In this document: piece by piece, positions 39,340 through 56,885 of the stretch
Position numbering within the stretch: position 1 is the stretch's first letter
Layout: each line of letters starts with the position of its first letter
NCBI GenBank assembly: GCA_964016885.1
Contig: OZ024742.1
Span: 314,588,001-314,652,000 of the forward strand
Length of the DNA stretch: 64,000 nucleotides
Direction of reading: 5' to 3'
From: Eledone cirrhosa
Lineage: Eukaryota
Translations under genes and position numbers: made by a program
Notes under the pieces: model-generated
What the model was told of the DNA's origin: nothing
The model's database searches: none
The model's input: only the letters and a program-made list of their open reading frames with translations

Positions 39340-40900
39340 TAATTGACACTATTGATCAAAGACCTGTCATCACCTTGGAATTGGAATGGTGGATCAATGA
39401 GTTAGCAACGTTAATCAGAAAGCTGAATCTTGGAAAGATTACTGGAAGGGATGGGGTCTGTGTCAAAGTATTACATTTAGATGGCAATCATATAAAACAT
39501 AATCTCCAGAATTTGCTAGTGTAATCGTGAGAGGTGGTGCCGTTTCCAAGGATTAGAAAGATACTATTATGTCTTCACATCATAGATTAAATGGTATCCA
39601 CATAAAGTGTTGCAGACATAGACGTATCACTTTACTGTCAATTGTTGACATGCTACAGCAATTATCAGTTTTACCCACCTGAATAACATACTTATTGTTT
39701 ATTTATTTCCGGAATAAATATGTTAAATCATTGTATATGCAGAAGTGCTATGAGCAGAGCATTGATTGTGTCGATGTTTTCGTTGATCTAAAAAGAACAG
39801 CCTTAAACATTGTGAATAGAGCATCATTTTGGAAAATACTTTGTAAACCCAAATTTCCAGATCATTTTGTATCGATAGTCAAATCATATCTTGTTGAAGG
39901 AGAATCATGGAAAATATAATTAAGAACATAGCACAGCCTATTCCGAGGGAGAGGGAGGCCTAGCAGATTAAAATCTTTGCTCCGACTCTCTTTTCGTCTG
40001 GAATGTATAAAAAGTACTCCTTCTTCCTGGACGCATTTTCAATATGTATCATCTTGGAGGGAATTCGAATGTTTTCAACTCCTTTTCACAACATTGGTTG
40101 GACATGGTTCGAAACATAAAAATTCTTGTGAAGCAATTGAACTCCGTATTTGAATTGAAACATTTATGCAATGTTCTCCTGTGTTCCCAAAACAAATATA
40201 TTAAACCATCTATTTTCGTTAAAGAAACGTAACTAAAATACGATGCAACTTTGTTTACTTGTGCATAACATTCACTCGTTCTTACATCGGGAAATGTCAA
40301 CAGGCTTCAGAAAGAAACTGATACTTCGGGGGTCTGTGCTGCTCGTGTCTGTTCCCAACATTGCATCATTAGGTTGACTACAGCAGATGTGTATCCTGTA
40401 TGTAATCTGTTTTCCCTTTATGTGAAACTGGCCCCACTACAAGCATCATTTAATGTTCTTGACCGCATTAATGAGAGATGTTTACGATATATTCTGATTG
40501 TGAACAAGGAAGATTTTTAACCCACCTTAATGTAGAAAGTGGATAAATGACAATGAAGATGCTTTTTGATAAAGTACACACCACTCGTGCGCAATTTAAG
40601 GAAGCTGCACGAAAAGGCACAATATATGAAATGGATGGTCCACGTGGTTTTATATGTTTTTCCATAGCTGATCTGATTATTCATGAAAACATTCATAGAA
40701 TCAGACATGTCGACTGGCAACAGTAGGTGTCATAACATGCCGTCGCTGTGGAAAAGTCAGGAAATATATTACTGGATTATAAAGTGACAGTACTCTACAT
40801 CAGAATACACTTCTATATAGTGATGTGTGCAGACGCCTTTTTATCTTTTGCGAAAGTATGCCAAAAGATACGTAAGAGTCTGGCGAGTCTAGAAGGCTAC
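39340..40900 (+). mobile_element. Heavily decayed RTE-clade LINE reverse transcriptase
   Basis: GKITGRDG, RRITLLSIV, VFVDLK..LNIVNR..FWKIL.K..FPDHFVSIVKS, later ETW..Y...L.R...RCLR.IL-like stretch. Confidence 0.75.
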
Positions 40901-41015
40901 TCTTGAAAATAATATTAAGTATAGGGCCATGTGTGTGTGTGTGTGGTGGTAGCTATGATGCTTCCATAGCCGGTATGCCGGTTGAGCACTCTATGTTCTT
41001 ACAGAGCAGAGCGAG

Positions 41016-41364
41016 ATATAATAAAAAACGAAAAATCAGTGATGCATCTGAACTCAATTTATTGTGTGTTACAATTGTTTCACCGGCAGACAGCTCGAGA
41101 CACGATCATTGTATGGATCTGTCTGATTCTGGACCTGCAGATTCGTCGGACACTTGATATAATCATTGCAAGTGTCCGACGAACGTGCAGGTCCAGAATC
41201 AGACAGATCCATACAATAATTATTGCAAGTGTCCGACGAACGTGCAGGTCCAGAATCAGACAGATCCATACAATGATCGGGTCTCGAGCTGTCTTCCGGT
41301 GAAACAATTGTAACACACAATAAATTGAGTTCAGATGCATCACTGATTTTTCGTTTTATATTAT
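41016..41364. mobile_element. Family Y fold-back element
   Basis: ~140-bp inverted arms, internal 57-bp tandem duplication, GAAAC-AAUU-GUA in each arm. Confidence 0.85.
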
Positions 41365-41454
41365 ATATATATATATGTATATACTGGATACTAAATATAT
41401 ATATATATATTACTTGTTCAACATTGAAAGCAGCCTCACGACCGGAACGGTTCT

Positions 41455-41630
41455 TCTACGCGTCTCTCTCAACATCTTCAGGGGAAACGTCTTCTCTATT
41501 TTGTCCACGGGGGCCGTGGAGCGGCCGGTGGGTGGGGTCCCATTTTCTCATAATAGGGAGTGATGGGGAGAGCGGGAGGGACGGAGACAGTGACAGTGGG
41601 AGTTTGGTTCATTTGTGTTGGGACCTGATA
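41455..41630 (+). repeat. GC-rich dispersed repeat; inverted homolog at ~46420-46590
   Basis: ggggaaacg.c.tctctatt.tgtcc...cccattt..tca...gatggggag...gacagtgggagtt.ggttc. Confidence 0.7.
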
Positions 41631-42179
41631 TGTATGTATATGTTTGACAGACACAAACTCACATTTGATTGAATATGTTGTCGTTTACTCTTTTTTCACT
41701 TGATTCAGTCACGGTGGAATAATATGATTCAAAGCAGATCATTTTAACCCAGTAAAAATTGGTTCCATCGACACCAAGCATCTAGAAGAGAAAATTCCAA
41801 ACCTAAAAACAACAAAACAGATATAATTTCGATACAAAACTGCTTTATTCGCGTTGGTTTTAATATATTAAATGATTTATTGTAATACTGCTCACAATCG
41901 ATTCACCATGGAATCGATTTCGCTACATCACTATATAAAATAAAAAATGTAACCGGTAATGAAATATTAGTAACAAGTAGAGTGCTGCTTTAGTAGTTTT
42001 CACCTTCGAATTAGTAGCGTTAGTAGGTTACGGCGGCAAAAAGCAGAGATAATTATTATAATTATTTAATTAGAAGTCAGAAGTAGTATTATAAAATAAT
42101 ATCGGTATCAGTCATAATAATAACAATATAAATTAATAATTATAATAATAATAAATGTTAATCTTGTCCATTTTGTTAT

Positions 42180-44440
<2,261 letters not shown>

Positions 44441-45125
44441 TGTATATGGAGATATTCTTTATTTCGTCCCAACGGGATGTAATATTTCAAGTTCTGTTTA
44501 CCTGTGTACATTCAAAAGCACACTCAGATAGACAAATATATGCGCGTGTGTATTTATATATATATACATATATATATATACACATATACATACATTTAAA
44601 GAAATTATATTTGACTGAAATGCAGAATTGCGGGTTACTCTTGAGAATGACAGATTAAAATTATGTTAAAATGGGACACCATTTATTAACTGCCTGCAAA
44701 TCAAAATGAGATCGAATGAACATTTCTTTCCAAGAAATAATTACGAGTATATGTAGCCAGTGTGTATATATTACTGGTGCTTAAGCTAAAATGTTACACT
44801 TTCTTGTAGAGAATATGACATATTTCTGATGTGCATAATATGTAACAAGTGTGATAATTATTTTGCGATCATGCCGAAGTCGGAGTATTTCATTTACCTC
44901 TTAATACAGAATACTCCACACAACCAAACAGTGTTTGTTTCTGTATGATATGAGAAAGTTGGATGTCCTACCCTGTATACCTGCATGATTAAACTGAGAA
45001 AACATTTCATATACATTCCCCTTTCAAAAATATAACTAACTGTCTTATTAGGTATATTAATGTTTCCGTTTAATGAGAAATTCCATTAGAACGATGTCAT
45101 CAATTCATCAAGGACTAAACTGTCA

Positions 45126-45222
45126 ATGATGACGGCGATGACGGCAAATGAAGGTGATGATGACTATGACGACGATATTGACGACGAATATAATGATGAG
45201 GATGGCGCTGATGAAGACCATA

Positions 45223-45272
<50 letters not shown>

Positions 45273-45380
45273 AATGACGATGACGATGATGATGAAGATC
45301 ATGATGATTATGATGATAATGATGAAGGTGACGATAATGATGACAACGAAGAGGAGGATGATGATGATAATAATGATGAT
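45126..45380. repeat. Degenerate (GAT)n trinucleotide repeat
   Basis: gatgatgat tract; poly-D/M/I ORFs open in several frames. Confidence 0.9.
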
Positions 45381-45792
45381 TGGAAAAGTGATAATTTCAA
45401 AATTATGTCCTAAAATTATGTATGCCCACACATTTCAGTGTCTTTACATTATTCATCTCAAATGAGACTCTGAACAGCATAGGCCCGATTGAGTCAGCTG
45501 CAATTTCTTTATTGACGACTAATTCCACCCTCCCGTAAGCAGCACATTCATATTAAAGGTTATTTTATAGAGAAGTTCAAATGTTTACACGGATGGAATT
45601 ATAACATATTTTGAAATTTGCTTTCAGCCCACATTTTATCGATATATTTGATGAAAATTACCATTATATAGAATCTATTGTCGATGGAACTGATACTAAC
45701 ATATATACTTAACTATATATTTATATATACTTCATTCAAACATATATAAAGATTTCTACAGAACACGCTTACATACACTCACACACACACAA

Positions 45793-45884
<92 letters not shown>

Positions 45885-46680
45885 ATATGTATGTATTTAT
45901 GTATATATGTATGTGTGTCTGTGTCTGCTTGCTGTTGTTGGAAAAAGCACAAACCGTAGAAAGTATGCCAAAATTGAACGTATTCGAGCGATATCGGGTG
46001 TTAATTGACGATGCTGATCATGATACGCAGACATACATACTTACATATATACATACAAATATACATACATACTTACCTGTATCCCTAAACTTACAAAGAT
46101 TCATACTAAAATACATACACATATATATGTATTATGAATATGTGTGTGTTTATGTATACATATATAATTATTAAGGCCAGTTACTACAAAGGCGCCATAC
46201 TATGTACGTACATTTCGTTAACTCTGAGTACCAACTTGCTCCAAATGTGCCGAGGAAAATGAAGTTGAAATATCCATTTTCACCAGCACAGGTTGTACAC
46301 CTTAGTCCTCAGTGCTACCAATTCGTGCATACATGGCAAATACAGATTAAACAATTGAAAGAAATGACAATGTAACTGATAATTGTCTATGTAGATAATA
46401 AACACAACCACAAGGATATGGTCCGAACGTGGACGAACCCAACTCCCACTGTCATCGCTCCATCACTCTCGCCCTCCCCATCTCTCTGTATGGTGAGCAA
46501 ATGGGGTCCCACGTGCTGGCCTACCCACAGCCTCGGCGGACAGAATAGAGATGGCGTTTCCCCGGAAGGTGGTAAGTGAGATGCGCTGGAAAACATGGTA
46601 TGGCACCGTTGTAGTAACTGACTTAAATAATTATATTGAAACTCGCCCTACGGTATTCAGTTGCTCTATACCTTGCATAC

Positions 46681-46858
<178 letters not shown>

Positions 46859-47850
46859 GTAGATAAATCTACCAAAATATACGGTAGTGTCCAATCCGTG
46901 TGAAGAACTCAATGTAATACAAATATCATGAAAAGAGAAGATGCATTCAAAAATTTTCGATGAATATCACAGGAAAACAGAGTCAAGATAAAAAAATAAA
47001 AAAATAAAAAAATAAAAAAATAAAAAAATAAAAAACGTATTAGAACTTTCCTCAAAGACTATTACAATCTCACTATTACATTTGAAAACACCAGTAAAAT
47101 AGTTAATTTCCTAGATATAACTTTAGACTTATCTACGGGTATCTACCAACCTTACCATAAACCTAACCAAAACTTACATTACATACACTCACAATCCAAT
47201 CACCCTAGATCTATCATTACAAACCTACCATATAATATCTCACTCAGAGTTTCTAACCTTTCATCTAACAAGGATGTATTCGATAAAAATGCGCCCTTTT
47301 ATAACGTAGCTTTAGCTAGAAGCGACCATAAAAACAAATTAGTCTATATAACTTGTACCAATAATACTTCAAACATACAACCTAATATTACCAATAAACA
47401 CCAAATGCCACTCACACTACACCCCAAAATACCAACCTAAAACTTAATTTCTCTACTTCTTCTCACATAAAATATAACTTTCAAAAAACCATTCATCCTA
47501 ATATTCCATTATACCTTAATAACATTACTAACAAAATTCCTAATAATCAGACTAAAACACCTAAATCAGTTAATCTAACTAAACCTATATATAATAAATT
47601 CACTAATACTAACTCTCTTAGTAAACATCATGATACATCGTATAAATATAAAAAACAACATCGAAACCGTAATAGACGAGTTACTTGGTATAATGCTCCA
47701 TTTAATCTACAAATTAAAGATAATATCCCTAAAAACCTTTTACTATCCTAGCGAAAAACTTCCCGCCAAACCATAAATACCATCAAATTTTAAATAGATC
47801 AACTGTCAAATTTTCCTACTCCTCTACCAAATATATACAACAAAATATAA

Positions 47851-48450
47851 GTGCGTACAACGCATATAAATGTAAAAAAAACCACGAATATACCACCAAC
47901 ACATCAAACCAACCATAATACTAAAATAAACCGCAACAAACCACCACCTCCTTCACATATAACAAGTCGAGTAAATTCCACACCAAAGTTGACTAACTCC
48001 CCTTATATAATATTCACGAAAGGTTGTTACTGTGGAAACAAAAGAAATTGCCCGTTAAAGGGAAATTGTCTTATTAATAACATAGTATATAAATGTAAAA
48101 TTAGCACTAAGGACTCAACTTATTCATATATAGGAGCCACGTCTAACCAATTTAAAGTAAGATTTAATACCCACAAACATAGTTTTTAAAATGCCGCATT
48201 TGCCAATACAACATCCTTGGCTGAAACAATTAATAATTATAGAAAAAAGAATATCGATTACAACCTGACCTGGAGTGTGCTCAAAAGGGCCACCCCTTAT
48301 CAAAATAACAGATATAAGTGTAGATTATGCTCGCAGGAACTTTTTGAAATAATGAAATCTAAGGATATCCTATTAAATAAGCGACAAGAATTAATTATAT
48401 CTTGCAATCATAAAATTAGAAGAACTTACAAATATTATAAACCTAATTAA
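47851..48450 (+). pseudogene. PLE GIY-YIG endonuclease with Cys motifs; one in-frame TAA at 48187
   Basis: CYC..KRNCPLKGNCL.NNIVYKC...YIGAT..FKVRF..H..SF*...W.VL...Y....CRLC..E...I...LLNKR.EL..SCNH. Confidence 0.9.
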
Positions 48451-49110
48451 TATACACCTTACACTTATATTTTACATATTATTATAATTAGTTTTCTTAA
48501 TTTAGTTAACGTATAATTAGTAATTTACTACAGAGAACTTCATAATTTTATTTCCCTCTTACAGCTCTCTTTTCCTAAAATTAATACCTAAAAGTATACA
48601 TATAAATTAATTTAATTTCCTATTATGAATCTAGATTCCTTGTAGTCGATATAATATTGGTATTTCTCACTACTACACTTATCCCAACATTTTATTTTCC
48701 TTCGTTTTTAACAACATTCTTTAATAACATCTAATTCTTATTTATCACATCCATATGAATTAATATAAATGTATCCCTATAAGTATACCTATCAATTAAT
48801 TTAATTTCTTGTTATGGATCTAAATTCCTTGGTATTTCTCACTAATACCTTTACCCTAAAATTTTACTCTCCTTCGTTTTGTACCCTTCACTGGCTTGAC
48901 CTCTTTTCATCCCCAAAGTATTCTTTTCATTCAAAGTATTCTTTCCATTCAAAACATAAGTCTGCATTCCTCTACCCCTAAATTACATTTCTACTACTAC
49001 TATTCTATCAACTTGACCTCTAACTACTTTTCTATTGGTAAATTCAAAGCCTGTTCCCAAACAGACCTATTATATTACATCTTTGTTGTTTTTTTTTCAA
49101 TAAACAAATC

Positions 49111-49246
49111 TCATTATTTCTGAAGACAGCATATATATGTGAAGGTATGTATATTTCCTCTGATAGTTTGTAATATTTTTACATAGATCTATATGATATA
49201 CATACCAACACACATATATATCCTAGAAACGATCGTAAAATGATGA
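49111..49246 (+). ncRNA. Hammerhead ribozyme with ~100-nt extended stem II (family E)
   Basis: UCAUUAUUU-CUGAAGA-[long hairpin]-GAAAC-GAUC-GUA-AAAUGAUGA: 9-bp stem I, palindromic stem III ACGAUCGU. Confidence 0.9.
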
Positions 49247-49330
49247 ATCTTTTAATATAAGGAACTTGTTCTTTGTTTTTATTCATTGTTTTTATTAATT
49301 TATATATATATAGTTTTAATATAGAAGAGC

Positions 49331-49375
49331 TTCTACAGGACTAGAACTGTTTCATTCGTGAGAAATCATCAGGAA
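49331..49375 (-). ncRNA. Hammerhead ribozyme (family A-like stem II, longer stem III)
   Basis: UUC-CUGAUGA-uUUC(ucac)GAAu-GAAACAG(uucuaguc)CUGUA-GAA. Confidence 0.75.
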
Positions 49376-49378
49376 TAA

Positions 49379-49438
<60 letters not shown>

Positions 49439-50077
49439 ATTCCTGATGATTTATATATATATATATGCGGGTTTATCTGAGTGTGTTCCTGAATGTGCAT
49501 TTGATCTGATTGATAAAATACATAGCCGATAATCTATTGTACCTCGGATTGATTAGCAGGTGAATTAATAAACGTTAAGTGGACGTAGCTAAAAGTAGGT
49601 GAAACAAAATGTCCGTCAGACATTTTCATTTCTAAAAGGTCTATTAAATAAGTGGCAGAGTGACACGTAGACTTATTTGATCGATTATTTTGTAGACCAT
49701 GCGGTTAATGATTTGGCAAGCAAAAAATCGATACATTCAAAGGAAATTTACAAAATATATATATGTATGATATTTTTTTCGAAATGCACTAATATATTCT
49801 TATCTACACACACACACATACACGAACACGAATATATATATATATATATATACATATACGTGTTTGGGGGGTATGTATGTATGTTTCTATGAATGTATGT
49901 ATTGATTTATGATTGTTTCTATATACGCATTTAGTTATGCATTTCTGTTTGTGTTTACGAGCAGGCTCGTAAGTTATTTGGTAACATGTTTCCTTCAAGT
50001 ACAGCATCAAATTAACGATATATTCATTTACTTTGCGATTTTATCGGTTTTATCAGTTTCTCTCTTCTCTCTCTCTT

Positions 50078-50134
<57 letters not shown>

Positions 50135-50262
50135 GCTCTTTTTCACACCCTCCACACACCCATACACAAACACACACAAGCACACACACACGCGCGCACA
50201 CACCTTTTTCGTTTGCATTAGCCTATCCCATTAATAGGGGTGTAGGTTTCATATATCATTAT

Positions 50263-50387
50263 ATCCGTCGAAACGGATTGGGCTCTGCTGTCGGGGTCAT
50301 ACTTTTTCCTATTTTCCACTCTACTACCCTAAGTATTGAGTACTCTGGTGCGTTATGGTCCATCTGGTTCTTTCCCACAATTCCTTT

Positions 50388-50426
<39 letters not shown>

Positions 50427-50635
50427 CAAAGGAAATGTGGTAAGGAACCAGATGGACCATAACGCACTAGAGTACTCAATACTTAGGGAAGTAGAGTGGG
50501 AAATAGGAAAAAGTATTACCCCGACCGCAGAGCTCAAGCCGTTTCGACGGCTATTTCTGGACTAAATTAGAATTTTTAGTCCAGAAATAGCCGTCGCAAC
50601 GGCTTGAGCTCTGCCGCCGGGGTCGTACTTTTTCC

Positions 50636-50637
<2 letters not shown>
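50263..50637. mobile_element. Family X zig-zag element with three alternating arms
   Basis: 50263-50391 is inverted against 50425-50550 across (TA)n; second turn at ~50560-50580. Confidence 0.85.
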
Positions 50638-50684
<47 letters not shown>

Positions 50685-50840
50685 CTTTGTCTGTCTCCAT
50701 GCACGAGTGATTGTATCAACATATTTCAATATATATTAAAGTATGAATGAATAATATGAATTTCTTTCTAAAATGGTATCTATTGGTCTCACATTGTTAT
50801 ATTGTAATATTGTTATGCGTTACACACACACACACATATG

Positions 50841-50932
<92 letters not shown>

Positions 50933-50959
50933 TCTATCTGTCTGTCTCTCGCTCTCTCT

Positions 50960-50999
<40 letters not shown>

Positions 51000-51882
51000 A
51001 TATATATATATATACTAGCAAAGTAACTTTAAAGAATGACGAGGGATATAGCAAAAAAATAAAATAAAAACATAATTAAAAATTCATTGATTGCAGCAAC
51101 TATGTAGATTTAATTCAAACATCGGTTGTTTGATATTATCCCTCTTGTTATGCGGGTCATTGTCGTTTTCCATTTTACATTCATTTAAATGAATTGCAAT
51201 GGTTTTCTTCCATATTTAAACAAACAGATATGTAGGTAAATAACTGACACTCTAGAAGGTGAATATCTGGTCAACACTGTGTGTGGAAGAAGGAGAGAGG
51301 AAGATATTAAAGCACATACACGCTCAGATTACTATAACCCAAACAAATCTATCAGAAATTGGTTGTCACCCGACCTTGAGTTTTATTATAAAAGATATAT
51401 ATAAGGGAACTCGTATATATATATTTGTATATAGAATTTATGTTAGATTAACTTAAAAGAGGTTATATATACATAAATGTAAGAATTGTAGAAAATGTTA
51501 TTCTTTTATATATTTTGTCCAATTGAGATATTTACTTTTATCAAGATAATTTTAAACCCATTTACAATGAAATTTTCATAGCATGCAAGTGTAAGAATTT
51601 TAAAGGTTGGTATATAAAACTAATGAAGTGTATATCAAAAAGTAATATAAAATCAACGATGTTTATAGCAAATTATAACGGGTTGTGTATGAAACTAATA
51701 CAGTTAAGATAAACCTCTAATATAATAAATATCAAGTTGAAAACAAGTCTGTATAAAATTATAACTCACATCACATAATATATATCTAAATAATGAATTC
51801 ATAAAACATATTTATATACGTTTCCCATGCGAAAAACACACTAAATTTTTCAAACCAACACAGACACACACTCATACATACT

Positions 51883-52407
<525 letters not shown>

Positions 52408-53085
52408 CGTATATTTATGTATGTATGCAAGTGTGTGTGTGTCTGTGTGTTTGTATTCTATTTTGTTAAATGCACTCGTATGGAATATCTGAATACAACT
52501 GATATTAATGCTCTTATTATTCGCTTCATTGTTAACAATTCGACACTTAAGTAAGTGTATAAACGTATGTATTTTTAACGGGGTTTACAAGAATGTACAT
52601 CATCCAAATAATAGATCATTAAACACATATCGTGGACGTCATTACGATAGCCCTGGGTCACTGCAAATCTTGTGAGGGAAATTGGGTAGATTAAAACTAC
52701 TTGGAAGCACGTCAGATGAACAGTACCTGTTATTCAGATGGATGGCTTTGTCACTACACTAAGAGTTTTATTAGGGGTGCATATAACTTAGCAATACACA
52801 ACCATATTCACATTAATTCCAAGAGTAATTGGAACACTCATTATCGACACCGGCAGTGTTCTATTCCCTACGTCAAATGTGATATTAAAAATGAGATTTT
52901 GAACAACTATTGATTTGAGTCAGATTCGAGTCAGATTTTAGGGGTAACTTTAAAATTCCTTTAAAGACATAAATAACTTATAGTGTAGTCCTCACTTATT
53001 GTAAAGTTTATGAAATATAGTTTCATATACAGCTTCATATTCAGTCACATACACACACGGATATGAAATATATCTTTATATATAT

Positions 53086-53121
53086 TCTTCTGATGAAGGA
53101 CTAGCATCCGAAACGTTATGA
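53086..53121 (+). ncRNA. Minimal hammerhead ribozyme (family D)
   Basis: UCUU-CUGAUGA-aGGA(cuagca)UCC-GAAA-CG-UU-AUGA; downstream cttcctgctatatcaagcgt.aacct shared with the 15.9/16.1 kb element. Confidence 0.75.
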
Positions 53122-53205
53122 CATTCTTCCTGCTATATCAAGCGTAAACCTAATATATCCCTTCCATGCACTGTACCGATTGTGTTGTTATATCTGTTTA
53201 GATGT

Positions 53206-53360
<155 letters not shown>

Positions 53361-54326
53361 GTGTGTCTGTGCATGTTTGTGTGTATATATACATGTATAT
53401 ACATACATACGGAGAAACTTGGAGTAGCCATCCATTGAGATTCAGATTTAAATGAAAATTATTCTACACAATTACAATACTGAATACATTTTTACTGTTG
53501 TGTATCTCACCTCGGAAGGAACCCCTTATTACCTATACGTCTTCCCAATCCCAATGCGTGTATACATACACTCACACACACAGACACCCACACATTACAT
53601 ATATATATATATATTTGTTCATATATATGTGTGTGTGTGTATGAGCGTATATATATATATATGTGTGTGTAAAGGTATGTATGCATGTATGTGTGTGTAC
53701 GTATGTGCATTGTTAAAGGGTACAGTTATCTTATTTGTTGTATTGGATTATTTACATAATAATCCCACTTAGTTTATCACTATGTACGACTAACTCTAGA
53801 AACTTAAAAAATACATTTTGATGACACAAATATAAGGCTGTTAAAAGGAAACACCCATTCTTAGTACATTGCTCACGTTGTATCAGTGACATGTTTAATT
53901 TGGAAGAAATTATATTACTAAAAACGTCAATATTTCAATAACAACAAGAATGGCATTTAACAATAAAGTAACGATAAAAATAAGTCTGAAAATAAAGGCT
54001 TTCATGAAAGAAACACGTCCGAATGCAGCGGAATGTATAATATTTTTAGATTGCTTTTACAACGAGCACAAGTTATATTAATATTGCATATTACTGCCTC
54101 GCATATTCACATGATTGATTTATTGTACTATTTTACGATAGTCGATATCTGAACTGTCAAGGAACTGTCATCATCTTAGTCGCATATGTAAATGTTAGAA
54201 TTTTGTTTTTTTCTAACTATTAGTGTCATCACGTTTGTGGGAGGTTCATCAATATTATTTTATGAAATTGAAAAAAAAAATGATCTAGAATTAATGAAAA
54301 ATAAGTTTGCAGCATGAAATTTCAAA

Positions 54327-54531
54327 CAGACCTGTCGACTCTCCCCACCCGACGGGGAGATCTTCCACCTACTTTGTGATGGGTGAGGCATGTCTTCTCT
54401 TGTGAAAATGGGTATAGCTTCCATTATGGAACATTATATAAATTCTTCCCATTTTGCTTCATTTCTCCCCCATTTGGGGCACTTCTTTTCATGGTACTCC
54501 CTGTTTGGGTTTTTAGAGGTTGGCAGGTCTG
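54327..54531. mobile_element. 205-bp MITE with TIRs and 7-bp TSD
   Basis: tttcaaa|CAGACCTGTCGACTCT ... AGAGGTTGGCAGGTCTG|tttcaaa. Confidence 0.75.
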
Positions 54532-54793
54532 TTTCAAAGCTTTAGCAATATTTCGAATTTAACACTACTGGTACTATGGAATTATTTTTATCTGAATTTC
54601 GTGTATGTTCTTTCTCTAGAACAAAAAAGTAAATGACAATGACACGTAATACATGACATAATATTTGATATAAAGCAGCTAAGTCAGTGTAATATATTTT
54701 TATTTATTTCCACCTTGCACGACGTTATAGTTTCACGGCACTGGTAGGTGAATTACCGTTCAGACAAAATTGTTTTGTTATAAATATTAGTAA

Positions 54794-55010
54794 GGGCGGT
54801 GGATTGGCAGTATCAGTCGAGCGTCACACACCATACTTTGCATCATATAGTTTCGGCCCTTTACGTTCTGATTTCAAATCCTGCCGAAATTAGCTTGGCA
54901 TTTCATCCTTACTGGGTTGATAAAATAAAGTACCAGTAACTCACTCGGGTCGATTTAATAAATGTCTCCCTCCCCGTAATTGTTGGCTTTATGCCTAAAT
55001 CAGAAACCAT
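54794..55010 (+). mobile_element. tRNA-derived SINE
   Basis: ggcggtggattggcagtatcag...ttgataaaataaagtaccag...tail. Confidence 0.85.
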
Positions 55011-55442
55011 TATAGTGGGGTTGTTGGAATGTTTTTTAATCAATATATTGCCGTCATCATTCAAACGAGCCGGTGTTTCATATACGAAGCAAAGCATATT
55101 GTGATTTAGAAATAAACATTTGGCAATAAGATCTATTATTGTTCTATAGTATTACAAATTATATATTCATGAGAATTGTTTATACTGATCAGACAATTAT
55201 CTAGTTGTTACACATGCCATTTACAAATATGCTATGGTACTAGTTTATTGTCTAATAGTTTTGTTCTTCCTTTAGTATTTTAACATAAATACACGAATTA
55301 GAAATTTATAATTCTATAACCTAACAACATTCGCATATTTTCATGAATTGTTAATTTGAATATAGTATGTGAAAAAATGATAAACACAAGGATGCAAAAA
55401 TACAATGACTTTTTTAGTTTGACGCTTGGGAAAACTACACGA

Positions 55443-55506
<64 letters not shown>

Positions 55507-56818
55507 TTTTGTTTGAGGCTGGGCACTTTTCTAAATAGACACCTGATCAAAAAGTCGATTTTGGCGTCATGGGCTCCCAGATTTGATCCTATTAAATCAA
55601 GATCTGGTTTTTAAACTGGACTGGACGGAAGTGTGGACACTCGTCTGATGGATTGTCGTATCACACACTATGTCACTTTGAATGTGCATGAAGTTTACAT
55701 TAAAAATACAATAATGTGTGGAAACATTTAAATTATAATTCGTACAAATAAATATCTTGATTAACCATCGTGGAAATATTCCACATACGATATTATATTT
55801 CATCCTGCTTGCTTCAACCATCACAATCCATTTGCATTTCATTTGAATCCTAAAATAGCACGATACATAAGGTACAAATTTTGGTTAGTCTTACTCTACT
55901 CCCGTTGTCGCTCCTTTATTTTTAACTGGCATTATATTTTGATCCACATTTTTATACGTATACGATAATTCCTTATAACATAAGTAATCTCACATTACTT
56001 TTTGTAAAGTATTGTTTACAATATACATTTCCATGATCAAAATAATAAAAAGGTCTGGCGATTTAGTACGCTATCTAAAACAAAATTGCACATAATCCTC
56101 AGAAAGAATATATAATTACGTGAACAGGATAAATTATAAAGAACCGACGAAATTGAATTAGATACATTATAGTTTCCCATATATTTCCTCATATTCAGAA
56201 GAGATTAATGTAAATCATCATCGACTTATTATATTTGCATACATTACTTTCATTTGAATTGCGTTGAATGTTAGGAGCTGGTATATCAACGTTCAGGAAA
56301 TTCTAGTTACATCATTACATTATACAAATATGATAAATATCAATGCAGAATATATAAAAGCACTTAAACTATTATGTGGAGTATAGAATACATAGCCCAC
56401 AAATCATGTATACATTTAATTTCAAGTTGGTCTCGTTTCATATAAATAAGAAGATGGGTATGAGTCAAGTTCATTCAATTCAGACTTTTACCTTCAATTT
56501 TATGAGATCTCGCGGAATAAATGCTTATGATATACGCAATTTCATTCACTTGTTGAACTTCCATTAACAAATGGCATTTGTGCTTCATAAAAAGCAAGAA
56601 ATAATAACTAGATGAGACTACGTTTACCAATGAAACTGAAAATAATATGAATAACGCTTTTGCTAAATTATTTCGCAGAAAAAAACAAAGTGTTTTATGG
56701 TTTTTAAATTGGACATTAGATATTTTATCTTACATGTACCTTACCTTCTCAATCAATAACGTTCAATCACCTGCAGATTTGTATTCCATTTATTCATGGC
56801 ATGATTGATATAAACTCA

Positions 56819-56885
<67 letters not shown>

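Larger units (their letters stand above)
47035..49290 (+). mobile_element. Penelope-like element, second family (Naiad-like), 5'-truncated, with 3' UTR/pLTR
   Basis: VNFLDITLDL..G.YQPYHKPN..L.YIH.QSNHP, RVTWYNAPF, TVKFSYSS, then the endonuclease; HHR at the 3' end. Confidence 0.9.

Noticed and set aside
45126-45413. Acidic poly-Asp 95-aa ORF
   Set aside because: (GAT)n microsatellite, open in several frames on both strands, with no splice or other coding context
47851-48450. Selenocysteine recoding, reported for some Naiad-type PLEs
   Set aside because: The conserved Cys codons are TGT/TGC and the in-frame stop at 48187 is TAA, not TGA
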